Assembly (NCBI GenBank): GCA_000002445.1
Contig: CP000070.1
Location: 1,152,001-1,216,000 of the forward strand
Direction: 5' to 3'
DNA: 64,000 nt
Source: Trypanosoma brucei
Taxonomy: Eukaryota
The translations under genes were made by a program, and so were the position numbers. This document shows positions 32,306 to 43,600 of this stretch, one piece after another. The stretch's first letter is position 1, and each line of letters starts with the position of its first letter. A model generated the notes under the pieces. That model worked only from the letters and a program-made list of their open reading frames with translations. It made no database searches and was not told the origin of the DNA.

Positions 32306-33461
32306 ATAAGAAGAAAGGAATGTGGAGTTGTGATAGTGAGGAAAGCTGCAACAACAATAGAGTGTAGTCCTCCTTTGTTATTTCCTCTTTGTCCCATTTA
32401 CCCCCTTTTCTGCCCACCCTGATGACACCACAGAACCCTCCTCCCCGCTGGACAACATACACGCAAAAACTTATGACGATACTTCAAACAAAGTCAAACC
32501 TTTAGCGATGGATGTGGATAACTTTAATACCACTCCATACATCTTTCCTTAACTCCTCTTCACTGACACTAGGAGCTTATGAAATAAAAAATAAAAACGT
32601 ATTCCACCCTCCGTGCTGAGAGATCATGGTGACAATTTCGTATGTTGTATCGGGTGTGGAAAGAGCAGCCAGAAGGGCGGGAAAATGAAAGTACTTAGTA
32701 GAGAAGGTATAACAATTCCTAAATGACCTTCCTATGGAAATTTCGATGACAAAAGCACAACACATGTACTACAGTTGTCTCCATGGTAGAATGTGCTAGC
32801 CCACTGTCTCCTCTTGGCTGCTGTGGCAAGACACTTTGTATCGTCAGCGAATTTAACTTAGGATGGATTGCGACATCCGCTAAACACTTAATGAATCCGT
32901 CTGCGATTACAATTGTGGCAAAAGAACAGTTAAACTTGGACGAGGTATCCTCCGTTTTTTCCCTATGTACAGATTAAAAAGGTGGGCAGATGGATGAATA
33001 TGTACACACAAAAATATATACACATATGATGTCCGAAGGGGTGGAAGAAAACAGTTATCGCAGAATCAACAACCGCACTCCAGTGTCTTAACTGAACCAC
33101 GCAGCGAGTACGTGCCACAGAACTCTTCTTTTATACACCATTTGTACATAATGTTCAGAAGCTGTAGTAGCTCCAAAAGGAGGGCGGGGAGAAATGAATA
33201 AAGGAGGTCGACAAGTAAAACCGTAAGAGTAACAAAAACAAAATACGGAAACCCCAATGCGAGCATCTACGCATTTCCTCAACAAATTCTTCACTCTTCT
33301 TCAGTCCGCCAGCCCCCCTCCTCTTCGTACCACAGCGATTGACCCTTTGCTTTTCAACTCCTGCCATTGCTCCTTTGCCCCACCAAGCAGACCTATATTT
33401 CATAACTGGGGACGGGATGTTCACCTCTCACTCCCTCTCTAAAACCACAAACCGACATGCG

Positions 33462-36002
33462 CTACACGCCGGCAAAGACCTCCCTTGCACGATTTATGAA
33501 CCCACCTTTTGGATCATTATTCTCAATAAAAGACATTGCTTTCCGGTAAGCGAGTGTTACGATGCCACTTGGTTGCTTCTCAATAGAAACGACCACCAGG
33601 GACGTCGCCCATAGTCGCTCCTTGTCTTTGCATACGTCCTGTGCTTCACAGTGCTCCTCACCCGCGTTGTCCTCTACAATTAATGAGTCTAACTTCATTC
33701 TATCACACGGAAGACCCACACAAACGGCTAACCTGGAGTCAAGGGAAAACGAACCATCCGGTGCCTGTAAGGCCGCAATGCGCCGCACGCAAAGACTTGT
33801 GGCAAGAACCGAATCGACTATATCCATCAAAATGTGGCGGATGAATTCCTTGGTGGTTCGTGGTTTTCCGAGAGTAGAAGCACTGGAGTGCTGTTGAACA
33901 ATTGGTGCGTCGCCGTTGGTGGTGGCGCCTTCCAGTTGCCTGATCTTCTGCCTCAGTTGCTGCGGACGGCAGTCGATGAGGCCCTCCGCGAGACGACGAC
34001 ATGAGAGTCTCTGCAAGAACTGAGCATAAAGCCAATGGCGCGGCACATACCGCGCGGCTGCAACAATAGGCGTATCTGCTGCTCCCGGAATTGTTTGCGA
34101 GCGTGCGCCTCCACCCACGGAGGGTCGTATCTGCTTCATTTCCGTGAACGGCGATGGTAGCATGTACGTCTCGGAGTACCGCCCAACCTCTTGCACCTCG
34201 CTTTTATTCAAGGTAAAAGAACTGCGCCCTTCAACGAGATAACGTATCCTAGAGGCCGCAGCCGAAAGGTGGAGCATCCCGACTGAGAAAGCATTCTGTG
34301 GTTCAGAACATGCAGTTAAAAACACCTCAGTCAAACTTCCCTGGCCCGTATACTCCACAGACGCGGAACCAATACGACCAATTACAACAACGTGGAAGTT
34401 TTCGAGTGAAGCAGGTACAAAACACTGCACAAATTGCTGCAAACCCTGCGGTATAGCCCGTAGTTGTTTGCTTTCTACGCGAACTTCAGGTTCTCTGAAA
34501 CGGAGTTCGACGTCCGTCACCGTCGGGACAGCCACGAGCGACACCACTTGCGCGAGAACCGCTTGCAACTCTTCAGCGTCCGTTGCGTCGTAATACACCC
34601 CACCACCTTCCTGTGCGAGTAATTGTAATGCGGCTGCATTGGCTCCGCCAGCGGTAATTAAGCCAACAGCGCTGAAACGCATGTTGTGTTGATGGTGTGC
34701 AGCCAACGAAATAGCCTCCACAGCATGGGATTTTGTACCCTCATCTGACAGAACAATAATGTGCCGAACAAACCCTCGTGGTACGGGGCCACATGGGCCG
34801 GTGGACTCCGAGTTTACCAGCGAGCGCATCACTCTGTTTAAATGTGAGACACCCACACTTGGTCGTTGTGGCCGTGTTTGAGCAACAAACGCGGCTAACC
34901 CATCAATATCAAGTTGATTTACTTGAGTCGAGCCGCCTGGACACAAGCATATATCATTCTCCTCCGTAATTAGAATAATATTCACAGGTGCTTTGTCCGG
35001 AGCGCCATAAAGGGCAACCCGGAGAGCCTGGGACATGCACGCCGATGCATAGTTGCTGTGAGAATCAACAACAAAGATCAACTCGGCATTGACGGTAGCG
35101 CTAAGCTGCTCAGCTACTACTGGTGTGAGCACGAGTGTTAAGGCGTATCTGTCGTCGTCACAGACCTCCCTTCCGTTGTCAACCTCCACAAAGAAGCGTA
35201 GTGGCTCGATGGTTCGGAAAAGAGGGCAAAAAAGTTCAAAACCACCCCGTACACGCGCAGCAAGCGGTCCTTCATAATGCAATCTGAAACCACTATCACC
35301 GACGATTTCCACTTGCGCCGGAACCGGATCACAAACATTACCCCCTGTTGGGCGCAACTCCACAGTTCCCGCGAGCGGGGTGAATGTTTTACATTTGACA
35401 TCGATGGTTAGCCCTTTGGGAAGTTTGGATGGCCACTTCATAGCGAACAAAGACTCATACTCCATCGTTGATGGTGGTGGTGGTGGTGCGTCAGGAAATA
35501 ATTCCATTGGAAGAACCATACGGAACTCACCAGCCTTGCACAGCGCATTCAGAGGCACTGCATACGTAGCCCCAATGAGCACGCTGCTACCCAAGCCAAT
35601 CATCCATGGCAACCGCTGCGCTGCAACAATGGCCACAACACCGTCTGGTTTCGGTCCCGGAAGTATGGGAAATGAAGTTGCTGCCGCATCCGAAACCTCT
35701 ACATTTAGTGGTATGGTGACGCAGTGGACACCAACGACGGAGTCCTTTGCATAGTCAGCTCTGCAACTCATAAGATCCCACCACATGGGAAGCGGATATG
35801 CGGCAATAACTCGTTGGTCCTTCCCCGTGTAGTTGTTGTATTCGTAGCGTACATTAAGGCGGGCGCTGTTGCCGTGCACCTCTACCTCTACGGAGCAGGC
35901 GACGAGTGTAAGTGGTGTAAATGTGTTGGCGGTGAGAACACCGCATCCATTACTAGCACATGTAGTGTACGCAACGTGTTCGCAGTTCATGGAGAGTGCC
36001 AA
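33462..36002 (-). CDS. Hypothetical protein, 846 aa, with a von Willebrand factor A-like domain (possibly a VIT-VWA architecture) and a degenerate MIDAS
   Basis: The segment IFVVDSHSNYAS...IIVLSDEGTKSH...GGGVYYDATDAEELQAVL shows the beta-alpha-beta pattern and a TDG-like motif of VWA domains. The DxSxS metal site is not intact. Confidence 0.45.
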   Translation of the reverse strand: MALSMNCEHVAYTTCASNGCGVLTANTFTPLTLVACSVEVEVHGNSARLNVRYEYNNYTGKDQRVIAAYPLPMWWDLMSCRADYAKDSVVGVHCVTIPLNVEVSDAAATSFPILPGPKPDGVVAIVAAQRLPWMIGLGSSVLIGATYAVPLNALCKAGEFRMVLPMELFPDAPPPPPSTMEYESLFAMKWPSKLPKGLTIDVKCKTFTPLAGTVELRPTGGNVCDPVPAQVEIVGDSGFRLHYEGPLAARVRGGFELFCPLFRTIEPLRFFVEVDNGREVCDDDRYALTLVLTPVVAEQLSATVNAELIFVVDSHSNYASACMSQALRVALYGAPDKAPVNIILITEENDICLCPGGSTQVNQLDIDGLAAFVAQTRPQRPSVGVSHLNRVMRSLVNSESTGPCGPVPRGFVRHIIVLSDEGTKSHAVEAISLAAHHQHNMRFSAVGLITAGGANAAALQLLAQEGGGVYYDATDAEELQAVLAQVVSLVAVPTVTDVELRFREPEVRVESKQLRAIPQGLQQFVQCFVPASLENFHVVVIGRIGSASVEYTGQGSLTEVFLTACSEPQNAFSVGMLHLSAAASRIRYLVEGRSSFTLNKSEVQEVGRYSETYMLPSPFTEMKQIRPSVGGGARSQTIPGAADTPIVAAARYVPRHWLYAQFLQRLSCRRLAEGLIDCRPQQLRQKIRQLEGATTNGDAPIVQQHSSASTLGKPRTTKEFIRHILMDIVDSVLATSLCVRRIAALQAPDGSFSLDSRLAVCVGLPCDRMKLDSLIVEDNAGEEHCEAQDVCKDKERLWATSLVVVSIEKQPSGIVTLAYRKAMSFIENNDPKGGFINRAREVFAGV

Positions 36003-38118
36003 AAGTCCCAGCTACAAGGGATAAGGAAAAAAAAAAGACCGTAAGTTCTAAGTCCAAAATAATTCTTTTCCGTACTTCCTTCTTCTAAGTTTCGGGAAAT
36101 CTTCTTGTTATATCCACGCAATTTGTTTCCTTCTCCCTAAAAGCCTGCTGCTCGGTAGGGGAGATGGCAGCGCAATCGTTGGTAAGCACACCCACGCAAA
36201 CGTTGAGACAAAACACCTCCTTCCTTTTCTACTGATGTGTGTGTCCGAACCTTTGACAATTATACCTTTGGCAACACACACACACACACACAAAGGGATC
36301 CAAATGGTGGTTCAAAGTTTTCCTCTTTTAGTCTGATGTTGAAGCGCGATGGCGGGAGTGCATCAACGCAAACAGCGAAATATATTTTTAATAAAAAAAA
36401 ATGGAACGCGAGAAAAGGAGAGGAAGAAAAAAGATTATGAATAAGGTAGGAAAAAAAAACATCTCCACAAACTGAAATTATAGCAGTTGAGTCAAAAAAT
36501 ACACGAACGAGTTCGCACATGCATCGCTTTGCGACACCGGTAGGTCATATGTACCAAATGCATAATCAAATGGTACAACACATTTCTTCAGGTGCATGGA
36601 TGAGAGGTCAGTTAGGGATTTAAGAAAGAGAGGTACAAGAATAATAATAATAATAATAACGGAAAAAAAAAGAGCACAAAAGTGGGGAAACAAACAAAAG
36701 AGGATTAGGATTATAGCAAGGGGTGGGATCACGGCATCGAACAATAAATAAAAGAAGAACAAAACAAGTCTAAATAAAACTTCCAACAATGACCGGCAGA
36801 CTCCAACGCGTGCACCGGTCCGAATTCTCGCAAAACCACGAAAATTATGTTGCTGAAGAAGTTGATTTACTTCAATTCACCAAATCACCGCCTTCCCCCC
36901 TTCCGTGCCTCCCTTTAATTTTTATTTTCCACCTCTCCCTCTCTCTTTCTCTTCTTCACATGATTGCATTCATACGCTTCTTTTTATTTGTTTCACGCCA
37001 TCGCAGTTGTCACACGTCACCTCCAGTTAAACAATAAACTTCTCCTCGTGTGTGTCACTCGCCACATCCAATCATCTGTTTTCTCCCTTTTCTTCTAAAA
37101 ATTTTATTTTTTCGTGGAAGTAACATATGAAAGGTGGGAAGGGGGAAATATATATATATATATATATATACGCATAAAAACAGAAGATGCGATACGAAGG
37201 GAAGAAAAATTGGGAGGCAAGCTCGCGCATGTGGGCACATTGGAAAGAAACCAGAAAAGAAGGGAATGTCAACACAATTGACGTTTCGCCCCCCTTTTTA
37301 AAAAAAAGAGAAAAAAGACAAACACTTTTTATTGCAACTGTACCACTCACATCTTTGCCGTTTCAACACTACGCACTGTTACAACCCACCTCGCACATCT
37401 CCAAAAATATTCCGTGACCTTCTCATTCCGCTTTCTGGTTTTGTTTCTTATTTGTTTACCCGTTTAACATCAACTAACTCTCCCTTATTTCATCCTCCTT
37501 AGCGGCCACAACTTCCTTCTTTGTCAATTTCGATTCCAATTTCTTTTTCTTTTCTTCTGCCTCCTGTTCTTTCGACGGGTCACATCAGTGAGGCGGAAAG
37601 AGATGAAAGAGATAAAAGAGATAAAAGAGAAAGAAGAGGAGGAGTTTATCAAATATTATTCAGTACCTTTTTTTGGTCCCTCCTTTCCCTGTATCTGCAA
37701 AGTTTTTTTAAATTTTACCCCATATTAAATACGGGAACATATATATATATATATATGCAACCTTCCCTCTTTGTCACGTTACCCCCCCCCCCGTCCCCGC
37801 CCTCTTCTTTTCTTATACTTTTTGTTCTGTCCTCCTTTTCTTATCCTTTGTCCTTCACCTTCCTTCATTCCTTCACTCATCCGTTCCTCCATTCCTTTTT
37901 TTTTAAATACCTTCCGTCTTAGACCTTCGGTTAGCAAATATATATATATATATTAAAAGGGAGGGTACCCCCACGGCACTCTGATATGACCACACATCTC
38001 AGCTCTTCTCATCCCTCATTCCTTCTTTTCTTTTCTCTTTTTTCTTTTTTTCCTCTCTCTCTTCCTTCCCCCCACCATCCAACTATTCAACTTTTCATTT
38101 ATCTTTTTTCTTTCCGTC

Positions 38119-38700
38119 TTATTTGTGCCTCGCCATGCGGCGCTGACGGCTCTCTTCATTCTTTTGTGCCACCAACCATAAAAGCGCAGCTGTTAAAGTG
38201 GGTGATAACATGAAGCTCACACGGGGATCCGAGTGACGCAATATGTAAACATGTAGCAACGTGCATAATAGGGAAAAGACGCTGTTGACAAAAAATAACG
38301 TGTACCCAACAGCAACTTGCAGGCGGTATTTGTGTAAAAGTTTTTCATCTCCTTTAGATACTTCACTGTAATGCCGTTGCTGACGCCAGAATTCACTCTC
38401 AACCATAACGGTATATGCCTGTGAAAGCATGTATGCAGTGAAGGTTGCAATTACAAGGTATAAAAAGGCGTTGATGGGGTTAATCCAGTCAAGTCCATTT
38501 ACTGCATGTGAAAGATATACGGGTTGAAAAGATGCAATGGCGGCAACGATGATGAGCGCTTGTTTTGGATACACAAGTGTGTTTGCATTAATGCGGTCAT
38601 CAAGCATCCTTTCATCTTCTTTGCTCAATTTCACGCCTGTGTGCATTCGAGTCGTGTCCTGCTCAACATCCCTCAGTGTATCGTTTTGTCCTCGTGTCAT
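38119..38700 (-). CDS. Small hypothetical membrane protein, 193 aa, with about 3-4 predicted transmembrane helices
   Basis: Complete minus-strand ORF with several hydrophobic segments of about 20 aa: LIIVAAIASFQPVYL, AFLYLVIATFTAYML and LFFVNSVFSLLCTLLHVYIL. Confidence 0.4.
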   Translation of the reverse strand: MTRGQNDTLRDVEQDTTRMHTGVKLSKEDERMLDDRINANTLVYPKQALIIVAAIASFQPVYLSHAVNGLDWINPINAFLYLVIATFTAYMLSQAYTVMVESEFWRQQRHYSEVSKGDEKLLHKYRLQVAVGYTLFFVNSVFSLLCTLLHVYILRHSDPRVSFMLSPTLTAALLWLVAQKNEESRQRRMARHK

Positions 38701-39557
38701 GTGTTACCGTAAACGTTCTCTCTTCTTATATCTCCTCCACTTACACACTTATCCTCTCTTCTATACAAATGAAAAACAAACAAACGAAAACAAACAAAAA
38801 AATCTTCTTAAGAAATAAGAAGAAGATTTTTTTTCTTAAAAAAAAAAAGAAGAAACAAAACCGATTAAAATAAGTGGAATTATTATAGTTAATGACCTTT
38901 TACCTTCTTTAATGCAGGTACAGTTAATTTGAGATACTGCTATTCGTATTTACTTGACACCTAGAACCATTAAAAGATTATGAAAAAAAAATGGGGGTAG
39001 TGGAAAAATGAAAAGTAAAGTAAAGAATAGAAAAGAAAAGATGACAAACATTCAGCCACGCATCGCGAGGCAGGCGCGCAAAAGAGGAGGAGGAGGAGGA
39101 GGAGGGAAAACAAAAAAAAACAAAAAAACAAAAAGAAAACACACCCACAAATACAAACACAAACACATATAATCCCCTTCCCTGTGATAACACCCAACTA
39201 CTTCAACCCTCCACTCCCTATATAAATTCCTAAAGCCCTTCCTCTTCCCAGCCCTTCTTACAAATGACTTGAAGCGTTTTGTTTGTTGTTAATTTTTTTT
39301 TTTCTCGTTTGCATGTTTGTTTGTAACTGCCGCAAAAGGTGAGGAAAGAAGCGGCACAAGAAAAATCATAGTAATAATAATAAAAACAACTATAACGAGT
39401 AAAAATAATAATAATAGTAATAGAAATAATAGGAGAAGAGAAGTAAAATTAACGGCGACCACCACTTTCTTGGTGTTGAGCAAATCAAACAAACAAACAA
39501 ACATGCAAAGGAGTGGTTTTTTTTCTTGTTTAAAAAAGGGGAGGGGATCACATGACG

Positions 39558-39983
39558 TCACAACTTCTCGAGAGCCTCACGATATTTTGCCGCATCCTCA
39601 GCAAAGGCGGTATGGTCAGTAGGTAATGTCTTCCAATTCATACTTAAGCCCTCTTGAGTAGAGCGGCGCGGTATGATATGAAAGTGTACATGTGGCACCT
39701 CCTGATGCGCCAAGCTGCCATTGTTTTGTAACACATTGTATTGTGTTTTTACTTCACCGTCTCCAGCAACTGCACGGGCAACTTTTGCCATCGTACTGCC
39801 GAGTTCAGCCGCCGTATCCGGCTCCACTTCGTGCAGAAACTCCGCATGAGCCTTCGGTATAACAAGCAGATGTCCACGCGAGAGGGGGTTGATATCCATG
39901 AAGGCAAGAACTTTGGCCGTTTCCACAACTTTATGGCATGGAATCGCTCCCTCCACAATCTTACAGAAAATGCAGTTGGACAT
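39558..39983 (-). CDS. HIT-family protein (HINT-like nucleotide phosphoramidase/hydrolase), 141 aa from the internal Met; the ORF is open upstream to 40085
   Basis: Carries the histidine triad HVHFHIIPR plus the N-terminal CIFCKIV motif. A Lys/Glu-rich 34-codon extension upstream of MSNCIFCK is probably 5' UTR. Confidence 0.7.
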   Translation of the reverse strand: MSNCIFCKIVEGAIPCHKVVETAKVLAFMDINPLSRGHLLVIPKAHAEFLHEVEPDTAAELGSTMAKVARAVAGDGEVKTQYNVLQNNGSLAHQEVPHVHFHIIPRRSTQEGLSMNWKTLPTDHTAFAEDAAKYREALEKL

Positions 39984-40648
39984 ATCGATGTTGATTAAAG
40001 TAAGGATATCTCTGTTGTTGCTGGTTCTCTTTTCTTTTTCCTCCTTCGTTCCTTCCTTCCTTTCTTCTTTGGTTTCTGCGATCACTTATAATAACGATAA
40101 CAGAAATAATAAAGGTTAGGATACTATGGAAGGTGTTCGCTAGTCCTTGTAACAGTGCTTATTCTTCTCGTTTTGTGATGTATCGAATCCTTCTAAGGAA
40201 GACAAGGACGGAAGGATGGAGGGAATGAATTCATTTCTTTTCCAGAAATATAGAACGTGATGTAAACGACACAGGCCATAAAAAAGATTGCAGAAATAAA
40301 GAAAAAAAAACAGCGCAGAAATTTTGGTGGGAATGACGGCAACAGACTCAAGCATATACGCACACAAACAGGGGTAGACACAAACATAAAAGTCGCTTGT
40401 GTACAACGATACTGGGAAGCCAACACTGGTATGAACAGCAACATTAATGATTTTTTTTAAAAAAGGAACTAAAAAGGAAACAATAATCTACTTTTTGGGA
40501 GGGTTAGGGAAGGATAGCAAAATATCACCACGTACTCACCCCCTCCTCATTTTTTTTTGGAATAAGCGGCACCTAAGGGACATCAGCGTAAAAGCAAACA
40601 AAAATAAACCAACAGGGCAAAACCAAAGCCACGAGCTGAAACAATCAC

Positions 40649-43600
40649 TCAATGTAGTATTGATCTCTTGAAAGCACGGGTAGATGTTTTACCACCACCA
40701 AATGGGGTAGTGGCAGCAGCTGATGGCAAAAAAGTGTCCCCGTCCGCTATCGAAGAACTTAAAACATGTCGCCGCTTTTGACTGTTGCGGGCCTTCACAG
40801 AGCTTAGTGAACGCTCATGTCCTCTATCAAGTGAATCATCCTGCCTTGATTGGGAGTCTGTTTGCTTGGATTGCGTAGCTGTTGCCTCAGTTTCTGCAGC
40901 CCGGCGCTCCTCCTGCACTACTGCGTACCGTAAAACACTCAACCGCTTCGTTATTGGTTGGTCTCTGATAGTTCCCTCTAACGGATCGTCCGCTGCAGAC
41001 GTCTTACTATCGTCTAATATCCTGCTCGTCTTCCTACGCGACGACACCTTCACTGCTGATGCCGCCACCGCCTCGTGAGGCGCTTCCTCCACTGAGCGTT
41101 CTTTTTCTCCAACGAACCTTACATCCTTCTCTTTTTGCTTCTGAGGGCCTTTGGTCCGGTGGTAGCCCTCCTTTCGCTTCGCCAAGCGCTCCGCTACGAT
41201 TTCAGCAACGCTACTCCCAAGTGGTGCAAATGCCATCGCATGATATCGACCACCTTGGCTACTTTCTTTAACGTGAGTTAGCATCGCCTCCACAATAAAT
41301 CTCGAATTCTGAAGGGCACTTTCCACCATCGCTTCGCACCGCTCCGCGCGCTGGGAAGACATCAACATACTCCCCTGCATTGTGTTGAGAAGTGGTCCCT
41401 GGCTACTCCGCAGAGCCTCCGCTTCCTCTAACGACTTATATGCCGCAAACCCTCGCTCTGCCAAGGCGGCTACAGTGCTCTGTAACACTTCATAGGCTGA
41501 GGTGAGCTCGGGTAGTACGCTCCCGGCACATGGATTCTCGGTAACACTTTGTATGATGGCTTTCGTTACATTGAGGATTGTGCGCCCCTCAGCCTCGATT
41601 AGAAGAAGCCCATAGGTAAGGAAGCTAGTGCTGCAGTCCAGTGATATCTCGAACACATTTCCATTGGGTGTTGTTGCCGCCACGAACACCATCGCAAGAT
41701 GTGCAACGAGTCGTTGCGTTATGGCGGCTGCGAGCATCGGCTGCCGAAGCCAGTGTATTTGTTCGTGTGCACGAGCAATGAGAGCGAAGCTCCTACCAAC
41801 GTACGGACGAACTGCACCTGCTGTCAGGGGGGAAACTCGCTGCCAATCCATCATTGGATGAATGAACCCAGCATCCTGGACGACACGTGTGATGCGCTGC
41901 TGTGGCGCCGAGGCAAGCATGCCGAGCAGAGCATCAACAAGAAGTTGGCAATGCTCTTCCACAAGCGCAAGGTGAACCTTCCGGAAGTCCGCAGTCTTCT
42001 GCTTGATCATGAGCACGGAACCACGAGAGGTTTTTGGGTCAGAGTTTAACCGCACAACAACATCCAACAAACACGGAACAATGAGTTCGTTAGTAATGAT
42101 GGGCGTCACCGCCATAGACAGGCACAAAGCGTCTGCAAGACTCTCCATGATTGCGCATTCGCATGTCTCAGGAGCGGCCTCAACGTCTAGTGAAACACGT
42201 TGGCATTTGTGGTGAAGCGCGTCAACAAACACGAGCAAAATGTCCGCAATTAAGGCCAGAAGCATGTCCTCATGCTCCGCCACGTGTTTAAGCACTAACT
42301 TGCTGTTGCTTTCTGCCATAAAAGTGCTGGTCGCGTCAAGCTGCTGATCTGTATCATCCAGCCGCTGCTTGTTCGCTCCGGAAACCTTAGACTTATCGCC
42401 TGGGTTGTTGTACTCTCCCTGTGCTTTCCTTCTTCGTCGGCGGTAGTTCCCTTCCCCTTCAAGCCGTTCAGCTTTCTCAACAAAGAGATCGATCCCACCA
42501 TGTACTTCATCAAACCTCTGTAAAAATGGTGCTGTGCGATCCACAACAAAAGAAATGAGGTTCAGAAACTTATTCGTTAACACTGACGAAACAAACTCCC
42601 TACTTACTCGTGCGCAAACGGAACTATGTGCGCCCGCGTTCTTACCGCCGTTGGCACTATGAATATCATTATACTCATTAATGCTTGCCTCATTTACCTC
42701 CGCTGGCTTCGATGCCTTCGCGATTGACGGTTGTAACGATGGCAGCAGCGTCACGTATGCTTTGACAAGCATACCCACTCCGTGTGTATAGCATCGAAAC
42801 AGGTTAGAGCGCAGCTCCTCAAGTTCCTGCATCAGTTCACCTACCTGATGCGCTTGCGTGCCTCCCTGCACCAAGGATGACGTACAACTTTCACCAATTA
42901 CCACCTTCATTCGGCGGACAGCGCCGCTCACGTGCAACATCGCCTTTTCCCACTGGGCAACAATTACTTCTACTAGCAGGGCTGCATGAAGCTCAGCGTG
43001 CTCATCCTCAACGGAGTCGTAAGCATCCCTGTCAACTTCGCAGTTGGAATCATCACCGACCAAATCTCGGGGACGATAAGAGGACATTGTACGTACAAAG
43101 CACTGTAGTACGGTACGATTCACATTGGTGAGCAACAGGGCTTGCAAAATGTCGCTTGTCAGGCGCACAACCTGTCTCACAGCGCTTACTGATAACTCCC
43201 GCAGTGACGGGCCCTTGTCATGCACCACGGGAACATACCGAAGAGATGGTAGCTCCTCCTCGCAAGAATTCCCACCGCCTCCTCCCCCTCGTACTCTTGT
43301 CATGGGCACATTCACTTTTTCATGCAGCGCCGGTCCATTGAGCATTCGGTACAACATACTACTTGGGTCCGGAGAGAAGTCAAACATACCCGCATGAACT
43401 TCCTCCGCTATACCACCCCAATACGATACTAAAATAACCTCTAGCTGATCAACGCAGGCAGTGAAGAGGCGATCAGCAAACGTGCTTGCGGCACCCGCTG
43501 CAGTGTGTGCTTGTACGTTTGCCTCCATCCCAGCACGGTCCTCCAGCTGAGTTAGTAAAGCCGCACTATACATGCGCAACTGCGTTGCTGAGCACTCCAG

